A stretch of DNA of 64,000 nt. Origin: Mustelus asterias. Its lineage: Eukaryota. How positions within the stretch are numbered: the first letter of the stretch is position 1; every line of letters begins with the position of its first letter. Under the pieces are notes generated by a model. The model was not told the DNA's origin. It ran no database searches and saw only the letters and a program-made list of their open reading frames with translations. Made by a program: the position numbers and the translations under genes. Positions 11,868-25,429 of the stretch are shown here, one piece after another. The stretch lies in the NCBI RefSeq assembly GCF_964213995.1, contig NC_135827.1, forward strand, positions 30,876,001 to 30,940,000, given 5' to 3'.

Positions 11868-12127
11868 GGGCGACACGGTGGCACAGGGGTTAGCACTGCT
11901 GCCTCCCAGCACCAAGGACCTGGGTTTGATTCCCAGCTCGGGTCACTGTCTGTGGGGAGTTTGCATGTTCTCCCCGTGTCTGCGTGGGTTTCCTCCGGGT
12001 GCATTGGCCATGCTAAACTTTCCTTCAAATCAAACAGACGCCAGAGTGTGGCGACTAGGGGATTTTCACTGCAACTTCATTGCAGTGTTAATGTAAGCCT
12101 ATTTGTGACACTAATAAATAAACTTCA
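11868..12127 (+). mobile_element. HE1/V-SINE, tail type ii
   Basis: tRNA head, V-domain, ...gtgacactaataaataaactt tail. Confidence 0.8.
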
Positions 12128-12420
12128 TTGAACAGCAAACAGGCTTGAGGCTAAATGACCTCCTCCCTGTTGACATGTAGTGTATATTTCCTCCTGGCGT
12201 CTTTCTATCAATTACCTTCGATCAGTCTCCTCCGGTTTGGTCACCAAAAAAACAATTTCTCCTTATTTACTCTCTCCAAACTATTTCTGATTTCGAACAT
12301 CTGTCTCATCAACAAAACTCTTCCCAACAACAGAACCACATTATCTTTACTATGGAGACAGGGGGCATTGATGAAATACTCTGGAGCTTCAGAAATAGGA
12401 ATCGGCAGGCTATGATTCAC

Positions 12421-12524
12421 CTGTTAGTGTTTGAAAACAATGCAATTTGAAGGCGTCCGTTTCTAGAACTTCAATCCCAGAACTTCCAGGCTCTGGTGAT
12501 AACTGGGATCCAATTGCAAACAGC
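12421..12524 (-). CDS. TRAPPC4: TRAPPC4 exon 3
   Basis: ctcag acceptor, gtgaat donor; (S)[34 protein letters not shown](G); 104 nt. Confidence 0.96.
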
Positions 12525-13184
12525 CTGAGAATATAAACAAAACTTTATTAGGGTCGGACGTATGTACAGTACAATATCCTTCACAAAGCCCCCAGACATA
12601 AAGGGAGGCCATTAATTCCATGTCCTACTACAATCGATCACCCAGGGATCTCAATCGCACAGAATTTGTAAAGGATGTGCTTTTTTGTTGTACTTGAAAT
12701 CACTAAGCATGAATGGATTGTGTCGATTTTTCGTTCAGTACATTGCAGTGCGGACTTCAGAAGTTTGTTACTGATGCAAGAATCTGCAGAGAGTGTTGTT
12801 TCTAAGAAGGGGACGTGGCTTTGCTGCACTTCACCCGTGAGAGTTGATTGTTTGGTTGGTGTTAAACTGTTTTGCTGGGAGTTTGAGCAGGTGGCAACTA
12901 TTAAAGTGGACTTCTACCGTGACATGTGTGGCTCTGTCCATTTTACTGTGGTAACACACGGAAACTTTGAAACTACAACTAGAGGTTACGGAGTGAGCGA
13001 GAACCGCTATAACCCTCTGATTATTACATGTTCTCGGGAGTTCCTGCTCAACATTTGGGACCAGACATACACTCCTGATAACAACATTGCCCTGCCTCAA
13101 CATTGTCATGGGAATCTAGACGGCGAAAGAAAAATTAAGATTAAGAGGCACGGGTGGAGGAATCAGGAACAGACTGCGGAGGCT

Positions 13185-14812
13185 CATCCCGGTACCAAAG
13201 AAAAGCCAGGCAGCGTGCCTTAATGAGTATCGTCCAGTGGCTCTGACATCCTTCATTACAAAATGCTTTAAAAAGTTAGTCGTGGCATGAATCAATTCCA
13301 GCCTCCCAGATTGCCTGGATCCACTACAGTTTGCCTACCGCCGCAACAGATCCACAGCAGATAGAACATAGAACATAACAGCGCAGTACAGGCCCTTCGG
13401 CCCTCGATGTTGCGCCGACCAGTGGTACCAATCTAAAGCCCCTCTAATCTACACTATTCCAATATCATCCATATGTTTATCCAATAACCACTTGAACGCT
13501 CTCAACATTGACGAGTCCACCACTGCTGCAGGCAGGGCATTCCACGCCCTTACTATTCTCTGACATCTGTCCTATATCTCTCACCCCTCAATTTAAAGCC
13601 ATGTCCCCTCGTGCTAGCCAACACCATCCGAGGAAAGTTTGCCATTTCCCTGGACCTGCACTCAACCCTGGAATGCCTAGATAACAAAGACACCTATGTC
13701 AGCCTTCTATTTATCAACTACAGCTCAGCCTTCAACACCATTATTCCTATGATACTCATCTCCAAACTCCGTGGCTTGGGGCTCGGCTCCTCCCTCTGCG
13801 ACCGGATCCTGAACTTCCTAACCCACAGACTGCCATCGGTAAGGATAGCAAACAACGCCACCTCCACGATCATCCTCAACACCAGTGCCCCACAAGGCTG
13901 TGTTCTCAGCTCCCTACTATACTCCTTATACACCCATGACTGTGTGGCCAAATTCCCCTCCAATTCGATTTTTAAGTTTGATGACACCACTGAAGTGGGT
14001 TGGATCTCAAACAATGACGAGACGGAGTACAGGAATGAGATAGAGAATCTGGTGAACTGGTGCGGCCGACAATAATCTCTCCGTCAATGTCGACAAAATG
14101 AAGGAGATAGTCATCAACTTCAGGAAGCGCAGAGCAGTACATGCCTCTGTCTACATCAATGAGGAAGTAGTAGAAATGGTCGAGAGTTTCAAGTTTTTAG
14201 GTGTCCAGATCACCAACCACCTGTCCTGGTCCCCCCCATGCCGACACTATAGTTAAGAAAGCCCACCAATGCCTCTACTTTCTCAGAAGACTAAGGAAAT
14301 TTGGCATGTCCGCTATGACTCTCACCAACTTTTAGATGCACCATAGAAAGCATTCTTTCTGGCTGTATCACAGCTTGGTATGGCTCCTGCTCTGTCCACG
14401 ACTGCAATAAACTATAAAGGATCGTGAACGAAGCCCAGTCCATCACTCGAACCAGCCTCCCATCCATTGACTGTGTCTACACTTCCCGCTGCCTCGGAAA
14501 AGCAGCCAGCATAATTAAGGACCCCACGAACCCCGGACATTCTCTCTCCCACCTTCTTCCGTCAGGAAAAAGATAAAAAAGCCTGAGGACACGTGCCAAC
14601 CGACTCAAGAACAGCTTCTTCCCTGCTGCTGTCAAGACTTTTGAATGGACCTACCTCGCATTAAGCTGATCTTTCTTTACACTCTAGCTATGACTGTAAC
14701 ACTACATTCTGCACTCTCTTCTTTCCTTCTCTATGAATGGTATCTTTGTCTGTATAGCGCGCAAGAAACAATACTTTTCACTGCATATAAAATGTGACAA
14801 TAATAAATCAAA
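13185..14812 (+). mobile_element. younger 5'-truncated Rex1-type LINE inside the older one
   Basis: IPVPKK...[34 protein letters not shown]; tail tgtgacaataataaatcaaatt. Confidence 0.85.
13362..13636 (-). mobile_element. CR1 3' end inserted in the inner Rex1
   Basis: atagaacatagaacata tail repeat and ggcccttcggccc; host RT sequence resumes at gccatttccctg. Confidence 0.75.
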
Positions 14813-15502
14813 TTAAAGACATCCACTTCCAGTGATTATTGCGTCAAATTTGCTATCATTAAACAACAAGAGGGTTGGATAAAGTTGCAGCAAAATTTGA
14901 AGAGGATTATAAACTGAGAAATCTCTTTTGCTTCACGGAGACACGGCTCCATAAGGACAGTAGTAATGTTGACATCAAGGGTTACACTGTTATTAGAGCA
15001 GACTGAGATAGAGCAACATCACATAAATCAATTGGTGGTGGGCTGGGTTGAAGATGTCTGGATGACACAATTTCAGGTACATGAACCAAGTGTGTACCAG
15101 AGACAAAAGATCCTCATTCGGGTCCTTTCATTTACCATGTGAATTTGGTCAAATAACTTATTCCGGTTTACGTGCCTGTACCAAACAATAAAGAAGCTGC
15201 TGAAAGGATTGTGAATAGTTTTAAATCTGCGCTATCAGCCGGTGTTTATACTTGGGGATTTCAGTACTCTTTGCCTCTTGGCACACCTTCCCCCTCCGCA
15301 GCAGTGTGTCACCTGTCCCACTCATTCAACTCGCATTCTGGATCAATGTTAAGGCAATGGAGGGGATATGTATAAGGCAGTGTGCAGACCGCCTCTTGGG
15401 GAAATTGGATCATAAAGTTATCCATATCCCACCAACATACAGACACTGCATGAAACGTGAAAGAACTGTCCTGAACAAAGGAGGTGTTGACAAAGGAGAG
15501 CA

Positions 15503-15812
15503 GGGCGGCACGGTAGCACAGTGGTTAGCACTGCTGCCTCACAGCACCAAGGACTCGGATTCAATTCCCGGCTTGGGTCACTGTCTGTGTGGGGTTTGTA
15601 CATTCTCCGTGGGTTTCCTCCGGGTGCTCCGGTTTCTTCCCACAGTCCAAAGATGTACGAGTTGGCCATGCTAAATTGCCCCTTAGTGTCAGGACTAGCT
15701 AGGGTAAATGCATGGGGTAATGGGGGGTAGGGCCTGGGTGAGATTGCGGGGCCAGTACAGACTCGATGGGCCAAATAGCCTCCTTCTGCACTGTAGGGTT
15801 TCTATGATTCTA
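15503..15812 (+). mobile_element. HE1/V-SINE, tail type i (CR1-like); another copy at ~16763-17060
   Basis: ends gcctccttctgcactgtagggtttctatgattctatg. Confidence 0.85.
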
Positions 15813-18800
15813 TGAGTAGGGAGGAGCTGATGGACTGTTTTGATGTCTCTGACTGGCAGGTGTTTTTTGATTGGTGTGGTGATCCACACGGATCGACAGA
15901 TACTTCAGCATCATATATCTGGTTGTGTGTGGACACAAAGCAGTTAAGATATTTCCAAACAATAAACCTTGGGTGCCAAGGGATTTTTAAAAAAAACCTC
16001 TGAATGAGAAGAAGTTGACATTTCTTAAAAAGGTGAAACTGATATTGTCAAGAACAGTAAAGGAATTAAGGGTTATGGTGAGCGGGCGGGTAAGTGGAGT
16101 TGAGTCCATGAAAAGATCAGCCATGATTTTATTGAATGGCGGAGCAGGCTCGAGGGGCCAGATGGACTACTCCTGCTCCTAGTCCCTGTGTAAGGTAAAA
16201 AAAGCAAAAAGAATTCAAATCCAAAATGAGAAAAGCAACAATTGATTTAAAAAATAGAGCACAGGCAATCCAAGGCAGGCATGGGGAGAGCTTAACACAA
16301 TGATGGGCAGGCAAAAGTAAAACCAGAATGTGACTGTGCAGTGTTCTACTTTTGTTAATGATCTTAATCAATTTTATGTAAGATTTGATGTGGTTGAGCT
16401 TAGAAATGAACGTAGCAAGATGTGTGATAGGATCCCTGCGCAGTTATCAGGGAATGAGGTTGCATCATGTATTTCCCGTATTCAAACCATATAAAGCTCC
16501 TGATCCTGGTGGACTATGGGGTAAAGTACTAAAAGAACGTGCTGATCAGCTCAAAGGGATATTTACAACACTCATTTCAATTTTTATTGGATGTATGCAC
16601 TGTTTCAAATACTTGGAAAGCATCAACTTCATACCTGTGCCTAAGAGACCAGGAGCCAAATCACTTAATGATTTTAGACAAGTGACTCTCACGTCCTTAT
16701 TGGCTAACTGTACAAACAGTAACCATCTCACCTCGTCTGTATCAGATTATCTTGATCCCCTTGGGCGGGACGGTGGCAGAGTGGTTAGCATTGCTGCCTC
16801 ACAGTGCCAGGGACCTTGGGTCACTGAGTGGAGTTTTGCATGTTCTCCCAGTGTCTGCGTGGGTTTCCTCCGGGTGCTCCGGTTTCCTCCCACACTCCAA
16901 AGATGTGCAGGTTAGGTCGATTCTCCATGCTAAATTGCCCCTTAGTGTCAGGGAGAATTATAAATATGTGGGGTTATGGAGATAGGGACTGGGTGTGATT
17001 GTTGCCGGTGCAAGCTCGATGGGCCGAATGGCCTCCTTCTGCACTATAGGGATTCTATGAAAGTCCTACAATTTGATTATAAAGCCTATAGGGGAACTGA
17101 GGATGCTACCCTTTCTCTAGTGGACCTCATAACTAATCAGCATTCAACACAACGCAAATTCACACCCTGTTACAAAAGGTTGCTTACTTTAAACTTGAAT
17201 GGAGGCCTAATCCATTGGATCACCTTCAGCTTGCTTGTACGAATGGCTTTTTAAATCTGATGAACAGATTATAAACACAGGTGCTCCTCAGGGCCGTGTT
17301 CTGTTATTTTCCATATACACCAACAAGATGAGAATCAAGGGAACTAATACTTATTTATTCAAGGATGCAGATGATGTGCCTTTGGTGGGTCTATTTTTAA
17401 AAGATGACAACTGAAGGAAATTCCTTTGAACATGCTGCCACCCTTCAGATATGATGTCAATCGAGCGCTTTGATTTTATCTACATTGATCTGCAAAGAGC
17501 TATTTTTATATCGCAATGGCCTGCATATGTGCGAACCTCTGTATCTTAATGACCAACTGGTAGAGATTGTAGAGTGTTTCAAGCATCTTGGAACACATTT
17601 AGACCAGAAGCTAAGCTTCACAGAGAATACCAAATGTTCTTGTGAAAAGACTAGCCAGCACCTGCTTTTAATTAGTAAACTGAAAAGGGTTTTGGAGTGA
17701 GTCAAGATATTTTAGAGAGGGTGTACAAAAGTCTGGTGGAGAGAGCTTCCGAACATTCAACATGACAGTCTGGTGTGGCAACCAGAGCGCGAAATGCAAA
17801 AAGGTAAGCTGGCCTGAGTTGTCAACACTGCAGGTGGAATCATTGGCAGAGAGCAGACAGAGCTCGATAACCTACTTAACAACACAGTTAAGAGGAAAGC
17901 TCAGGCCATTGTTGGGGATCCCTCTTTTTTTTTATATCATCAATTTGAAAGCCTCTCTTCAGGCAGGCACCTTAGAATGCCTATTGCCAGGGGAAAAAAA
18001 AATCTGTTCAAAAGGTCTTTTGTTCTCAATAACATAACGTAAACTCAACCTGCTGTTTTTATTAGGGGAATTTCACAGTAATTTCATTGCAGTGTTAATG
18101 CAAGCCTCACTTGTGACTAACAAATAAACTTCAGCTTTATTAATTCAACTGCAAGTGGTTTAATGACAAGTGTGCAATGTGGTATGGATACATGTGTGTA
18201 TATTATAACATGTATGAATGTAGGTATCATGGATGTATGTTATATATGCACAAATGTAGTGTACATGAAACATTCTCCGTTTTTAAACTAATAACTGCAT
18301 CCAATGTCATACCAGAGGTGAAGACAAAGACAAATTTCCACTTTTGCGTGGACAATATTCTATCCAACTGACCGCATCAGCAGTGTTAATGTAACAGCAT
18401 TCAGTCAGGAATTTTTGGGGTTAACTAGAATATTGCTACATTAAAAAAAGTTCAGATAAAATGCTGGGAGCTGACATGTCTTTTCAGAAGCTGGATTGAC
18501 AGGTCAATATTTCAAGCAGAAATCCTGTGTTGCCTCCAATAAAGTTTCTCTATCCGAAACATTAACCAATTTTCTGATGCTGAAATGCATGTTGCGCATT
18601 TTCGTTATGGTCCATCTTTAGTTTATTTCAACACGTGCAGGTTTTCCCCTTTTAACTCTAATCCTGACAGTTACATGTTTTCCACCAGGGCTACCAGGTG
18701 AACATGAGCATCTGCCTGGCCCGATATCTATGCAGCAGAGAGGGGGGGAAGCAAGCAGCATAAATCACCTTCTGTAGCCAATCTGTGCACTTAACATTGA

Positions 18801-19908
18801 GGAATGTACAGCAACATCCAGCATATCAGTGAGGGGCGCGTGATCCATGAAAGCTTTATGGAGATCAATGGAATGATTAGATTAATCGACTTCCCTGACT
18901 ATATTGGCCTGTCTCACAAGTTACGCTGGATGTGGGACAATAGTAACATTCAATTAGCAGTCACCTGCTGGTGAGATGATGTGAACTCAAGCCCGATAAT
19001 AGTTAGCATTATTTCCAGCTGACCTCATTCTTTGTTTGGCAGTTCAATAAAGGCGGCTCATTGAGTCGTTCTAGAAAGTAGTTCTCTCCTTCAATGCTGC
19101 TACAGGGCACACAAGATGTACTTGAGGCTGTCTGGGAAGAGCCTGGCCTTCTTACATGGCACACCCGAGTGATTTGAACCCAAATCCTCACCTCACAGGG
19201 CAGTACAATACTGCACACTCACTTCTAGTCAGATGGTTGAATGTTTGGGGCCCTGTAACAGAAACAAGCCCTTGGTGTATAATCAAGGCTTGCATTCCAG
19301 TGCAGAGCTGAGGAAGTATTAACACTTTTAGAGGCATTGGTCTTCAGACAAGAGCTCATAAATATTATGGACATAAAGGCTTTAATAGGAAAACTGGGAT
19401 ACAGGCATTACATTCCAGAAGGATAATATCTAAAGGACAATAGCCTTCTTCATTCAAACCTATGACCCAAAAGAGTCTGTAGTTCAGTGTTTGGAAAGTC
19501 TAGAATTATTTGAACCGAGAGACTAATTTTACGGGGATAAAAATTCAGCAAGATAGTACTCGATAAAGCAGCAGAATAACACGAAGGTACACCCACAACA
19601 TTCATTCCTTCACATGTACTGTACCCAAAGGCTGGTCCATGGCTCATTGACTTTAGACACTTCATCCTGAACCATTTACCCGGCAGCTTTTGTCAGTGGT
19701 GGCTTGCCATTGCCTGCCACCGTCAGGGATAGAGTGAGGAGGCTACATCAGCCGGAATGGGAGTCAAACTCGGGCTGTTGGCATCACTCTGATCCACTTG
19801 CCAGCCAGCTGAGCTAACTGGCGTCCATTCCCCCCAGGCCCATTGCCCAAATGAAACATGCCGCATTTCTGAACTTAATTATATTTTTTTCCATTCCAAA
19901 AAACTTAC

Positions 19909-20083
19909 GAGTGAAACATGGAGGCCAGCATTAATTTCTCATTCGATGTCAGACGAGGACGTCCAAAGCGAATTGCCAAAGGATAATTGAAAGAGGTATT
20001 CAGATACTCCAGCACATCCCTGTTATCATTCAAATACCTTCCATTGACATCAATCCCATTAATTGAAAGCACAGCATATCCAA
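19909..20083 (-). CDS. TRAPPC4: TRAPPC4 exon 2 (PDZ-like insert)
   Basis: cctag acceptor, gtaag donor; (V)[57 protein letters not shown](S); 175 nt. Confidence 0.96.
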
Positions 20084-21249
20084 CTAGGGAACAAAAAAAA
20101 AAATTCAAACACCAGAGTAACAATATTCAAAGCTTGCATACACACGCGTCATAATTCAAACCACCATTGTCAGTAAAACGTTTTAAATTCAACAGTCAAA
20201 AGTTTTTTAAAAAAGTTTATATATTAGTGTCACAAGTAGGCTTACATTAACACTGCAATGAAGTTACTGTGAAAATCCCCGAGTTGCCACACTCTGGCGC
20301 CTGTTCGGGTCACACTGAGGGAGAATTTAGCCTGGCCAATGCACCTAATCAGCACATCTTTCAGATTGTGGGAGGAAACCCATGCAGACACGGGGAGAAT
20401 GCGCAGAAAGTACTTTTAAGAATAATTATACGAGACTTTCTGGTATGAACACACACAAAGTCTTCACTGTCAAACTGCTAAATTTGGATGGTGTTTAAAT
20501 TCAGGACCCCTCTTGGCATCGAAGAGTGTTCAATACTTGGAAAACTTGAAGAGAAATGGAGCTCTAGGTCTTAGAGCTGTGACAAGTGGAAGGGAAAAAA
20601 AAAACAACAAACATGATCTACATAGCACCTTTATATTCCCAACATTTCAATGCATTTCATAGCTTAAAAGATAACACTTAAGCATACTCACTATTGTTCC
20701 ACAAGCTGGAGACATTTTATGTTAAGGTGCTTGTAAATGCAGGTACTTTTTGTAGCAGTGTACAGCACCAGATCCCGTAATCAGCGATGACATAAAGAGC
20801 TTTTAAAAAATTTGAACGTGATTTTGGTTGAGGTTTCAATGTTGGCGAGGACGCTGAGTGAGCTCCTAATGGCAGGTGACATTTTACAGGCTCATCTGAG
20901 CAGGCAGAGCCCAGCGTAAGAGCTAATCAGAAAGCCAGTCGCTCAGAAACGCTTCAATCCCTTGATGCTACACTGAGGCATTAACCTAGATTATGTGGTC
21001 CAGTCCCAACCTGAACCTACAACCTTCAGACTCAAAGGCAAGTGTGCTATTTCCTGAGCCAGCCAGACAAATCTTATATAATATTTAGCACAATTATGGA
21101 AAAGTATATCATGAGGAGCCCTAGGTAGGGTAGACAGGGATGCCCTGTTTCTCCTAGCGGAGAGATCAATTACCAAGGGGCACAGATTTAAGATGCTTGG
21201 TAGAAGGGTTAGGGGGGCATCTTCTTCACTCAGAGGGCTGTGGGTGTTT

Positions 21250-21850
21250 GAACAAAGAACAGTACAGGATCAGGCCCTTTGGCCCTCAAGCTTGTGCAGA
21301 TCATCACGTCCTAACTAAACTAAAAAAAACCTTCTTCCCTTACTCAGTCCATATCCCTCTATTCCCTCCCTATTCATGTACCTATCCAGATGCCTCTTAA
21401 AATGTTGCTAATGTGCCTTTCACCAACTCCTCTGGCAGCGCGTTCCAGGTACCCACCACACTCTGCGTGAAAAACTTCCCCACACATCTCCCTTAAATTT
21501 TCCCCCTCTCACCTTGAACCTGTGCCCCCTTGGAATTGACACTTCCACCCTGGAAATAAGCCTCTGACCGTCCACCCTGTCTATGCCTCAATTTTATAGA
21601 CCTCTATCAGGTCTCCCCTCAGCCTCCATCTTTCCAGTGAAAACAATCCTAGTTTATTCAACCTCTCCTCACAGTCAACACGCTCAAGACCAGGTAACAT
21701 CCTGGTGAACCTTCTTTGCACTCTCTCCAAAGCTTCTACATCCTTCTGGCAGTGTAGCGACCAGAACTGCACGCAATACTCCAAATGCGGCCTAACCAAG
21801 GTTTTATATAGCTGCAATGGGATTTGCCAACTTTTGTATTCAATGCCCCA
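21250..21850 (-). mobile_element. CR1 3' fragment
   Basis: [14 protein letters not shown]...[10 protein letters not shown] plus CR1 tail. Confidence 0.85.
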
Positions 21851-22067
21851 AATTTGGAATTGGATGTTTGGTTTGACAGTGGAGGCAGAAAATCTCAACC
21901 CATAAAAGGTCTCTGGATCTGCATCTAAAATGCTGTAACCTGCAAGGACCGGGTGCTGGAAGGTGGGATTAGAACGGGCAGCTAGTCTTTATTTATTTTT
22001 CATTTGATACAGACGGGACACGGGCAGAATGGCCTCTTTCCATGCTGTAATTTTTCCATGGTTCTAT

Positions 22068-22280
22068 AATAAAAAAGCAAAATGCTACAGGTGCTGGAGA
22101 TCTGAAATAAAAACACAGGTGCTGGAAAAGGTCAGCAGGTCTGGCAGCACCTGTGGAGAGAGAAACAGAGCAAACATTGTGACCCCAATATGACTCTTCC
22201 TCACAACTGTTCCGCAGAAGAGTCATATTGAACTGGGTACATTAATGCTGTTTCCCTCTCCACAGAGGGTGCCAGACAAA
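22068..22280. mobile_element. older, degenerate Penelope foldback related to family B
   Basis: gcaggtctggcagcacctgtggagagagaaacag ... ctgtttccctctccacagagggtgccagac inverted arms. Confidence 0.6.
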
Positions 22281-22814
22281 TCTTACACACCATCATATAA
22301 TCTGCCCTTTATTCCCAGAGCACATTGATACCCCTCCTGATACGCACTGACTGTTGTAAAGATGGAAAAAAAATGGGAAAAGTAAGTTAATATGAAACTA
22401 CAGCTAACTTGGCTTTACTAGTCAGTTCAGTGAGCTTGGTGAAGTGGCAACAGCTACAACTGACCCCAATACCCACCAGCTGCCTGAGGGAGTATAAATT
22501 ACTGTGACCAATCACTGTTCCTCTGTTGGGAATATCTGTGGGTGAAGGTTGGCAAGGGCAGGTTCTGATGATGGTCAAAATGCCACACTGACAGAGAAGT
22601 CTAGATTCATTTTTTAAAAATTAATTTGTGGGACATGGGCCAGCATTTATTGCCCATCCTTAGTTGCCCAAGGACAAATGAGAGGCAACCAAATTGCTGT
22701 GGCTCTAGAGTCACATTTAGGCCAGACTGGATAAAAATGGCAGATTTACTTCCTGAAGGACATTAGTGAAGCAGATGGGTTTTTACAACAATCGACAATG
22801 GTTTCATGGTCATC

Positions 22815-23133
22815 ATAGAATAGAATCCTACAGTGCAGAATGAGGCCATTCGGCCCATCGAGTCTGCACCAACCATAATCCCACCCAGGCCCTATCCACA
22901 TATCCCTACATATTTACCCACTAACCTATGCATCCCGGGACACTAAGTGGCAATTTAGAATGGGCAATCAACCTAACCTGCACATCTTCGGACTGTGGGA
23001 GGAAACCGGAGCACCCAGAGGAAACCCACGCAGACACAAGGAGAATGTGCAAACGTCACACAGACAGCGACCTGAGCCGGGATTCGAACCCAGGTCCCTG
23101 GAGCTGTGAAGCAACTGTGCTACCGTGCTGCCC
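22815..23133 (-). mobile_element. HE1/V-SINE (tail i) nested in a third-family SINE
   Basis: host SINE sequence resumes on both sides. Confidence 0.8.
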
Positions 23134-23599
23134 AGTAAATTCTTAATCAGTCGATGCTTAATTCCAGATATTTTTAATTGAATTCAAATTCCACCATTTG
23201 CCGTGGCAGGATTCGAACTCCAGGTCCCCAGAACATTAGCTGAGTTTCTGGATTAGTAATCCAGCAATAATACCACTAGGCCATCGTATCCCCTAAAAGC
23301 TTAAAGCAGCAGCAACCATAATAGGGAAGTGGAAAGCAACTGGTTCCCATGGAGCAAACTGACAAATCAGCAGCTTGGGGGCAGGAGGGAACAATCCATA
23401 AAAAATTCCACAAAGCTGCTTCCCTATAATCAACTAAGTTATCTAAAACGTACTGAAATCCAGGTGTAGATCTCAGTTAACACATATTAAACAATTCCAA
23501 ACACCCACCTACAAACTAACCCAAATACACCGTAACTGATACAGAAGCTTCACCAGTGAGGGAGCATGATACTTTTTACTGGCACATCTCCTAGTCGGT

Positions 23600-25050
23600 G
23601 CTGCAGTCACAGAATTATACGCCACAGAAGGAGGCCATTCAACTCATCATGCCTGCACTGACTCTCCGAATGAGCCTGACAACTTGGCACCATTCCCCTG
23701 CTCCCCGTACTCTTGTATAATACTTGGAATGCCTCGATTGAACCTGTCGCCAACACAATCCCAGGCAGTGCATTCAAGAATCAAACCACTCGCTGTGTCA
23801 AAAAGTTTTCTCACATCACATTTGCTTTTTTTTTTGCAAATCACTTTAAATCTGTGCCATCTCGTTCTTGATCCTTTTAAGAGTAGGAACAATTTCTCCC
23901 TATTTATTGTCTAGCACACTCATGATTTTGAATATCTTCATCAAATCTCCTTTTGGCCTTCTTTTCTCAAAAGGAGAACAGTGCTAACTTCTCTAATCTA
24001 TCCTCATAACTGAAGTTTCTCATTCTTGTAAACTTCACCAAAATGTGTTCACATCCTTCCCATATTGAGGCACCCAGAACTGCACACAATGTTCCGAAGG
24101 ATGTCGAGCCGGTGTCTTGTAAACATTCAGCCTAATCTCCTAGCTCTTGTACTCTATGCCCCTATTAATAAAGCACAGTATACTATATGTTTTCTCAAGA
24201 CCATAAGATATAGGAGCAGAATTAAGCCATTTGGCCCATCGAGTCTGCTCCACCATTCAATCATGGCTGATATGATTCTCATTCCCATTCTCCAGCCTTC
24301 TCCCCGCAACCCTTGATCCCCTTATTGATCAAGGACCTATCTATCTCTGCCTTAAAGACACTCAATAACCTGGCCTCCACAGCCCTCTGTGGTAATGAGT
24401 TCCAAAGATTCACTACCCTCTGGCTGAAGAAATTCCTCCTCATCTCAGTTTTAAAAGGAGCATCCCTTCACTCTAAGGTTGTGCCCTCAAGTTCTAGTCT
24501 CTCCCACTAATGGAAACATCCTCCCCACGGCCACTCTATCTAGGCCTCTCAGTATTCTGTAAGTTTCAATTAGCTTCTCAACCCCACCCCCCCCCTCACC
24601 CTTCTAAACACCATCAAGTATGGGCTTATACTCCTCAAATTACAAAACCTTCATTCCTGGTATCATTTTTGCAAACCTCCTCTGGACCCTCTCCAAGGCC
24701 AGCACATCCTTCATTAGGCATGGGGCCCAAAACTGCTCACAATATTCCAAATGGGGGCTGACCAGAGCCTCAGCTGTACATCCCTGCTCTTGTATTCGAG
24801 CCCTCTAGAAATGAATGCTAACATTGAATTTGCCTTCCTAACTGCCAACTGAACCTGCATGTCAGCCTTCAGAGATTCCAGAACCAGGACTCCCAAGTCC
24901 CTCTGTGCTTCAGATTTCTAAAGCCTTTCCCCATTTAGAAAATAGTCAACTGATCTCTCTATCACATTCAATGAACTCTGCACATTTACATCCAGGTCCC
25001 TCTGTTCCTGCACCCCTTAAGAATTGTACCCCTAATTTTACTTGGTCAAA
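23600..25050 (-). mobile_element. two nested degenerate CR1 3' fragments
   Basis: GSRTRWHRFKV; [20 protein letters not shown]; CR1 tail at ~24200. Confidence 0.7.
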
Positions 25051-25253
25051 TGTGAATGATTTAAGAGTAATCTATTGGAATTAGGTCATGGATAACTAAT
25101 GAAGCGCACTGGACCATTTGTTGAAGTGCCTGACTGAGTGTTAGCTGCAAATGTTATTTAAAGCCACTGTTTGGGCCAGGCCCAGGCTTTCAGGGGCCTT
25201 TCCTAAGAGCAGTAGCCGCCGGCCGCGCCCCATTCCCGGGCCTGCCCCCTCAC

Positions 25254-25428
25254 CTTTGATACCGTCCCTCTGACCGAAAGACACCACAACCCGCTCGTCG
25301 TACACCTTCAGCACCAGGTCGAGGGGGTAGCTGAAGGTCTTCTCCACATCGGTACGGGGTGAGTAGTTGTCATACTGGTAAACCAAGCCGCCGGCTTTAT
25401 TCACCACATAGACGCTGTAAACCACCAT
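25254..25428 (-). CDS. TRAPPC4: TRAPPC4 exon 1 coding part
   Basis: Kozak gccgccATGG; [58 protein letters not shown]; gtgag donor; five exons sum to 660 nt = 219 aa + stop. Confidence 0.97.
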
Positions 25429-25429
25429 G

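Larger units (their letters stand above)
12640..18365 (+). mobile_element. decayed, apparently full-length Rex1/Babar-type LINE hosting several nested insertions
   Basis: N-terminal GGIRNRLRR (~13160-13183) resumes as RHPLPVIIASN and FCFTET at ~14815; DCFDVSDW, KAPDPGG, PVPKRPGAKSLNDFRQVTLTS, FKHLG; 3' end gacaaatttcc...gtggacaata. Confidence 0.7.

Noticed and set aside
12675-13223. 182-aa ORF
   Set aside because: Runs across the leader of the old Rex1/Babar and the junction with the inserted Rex1; chance frame.
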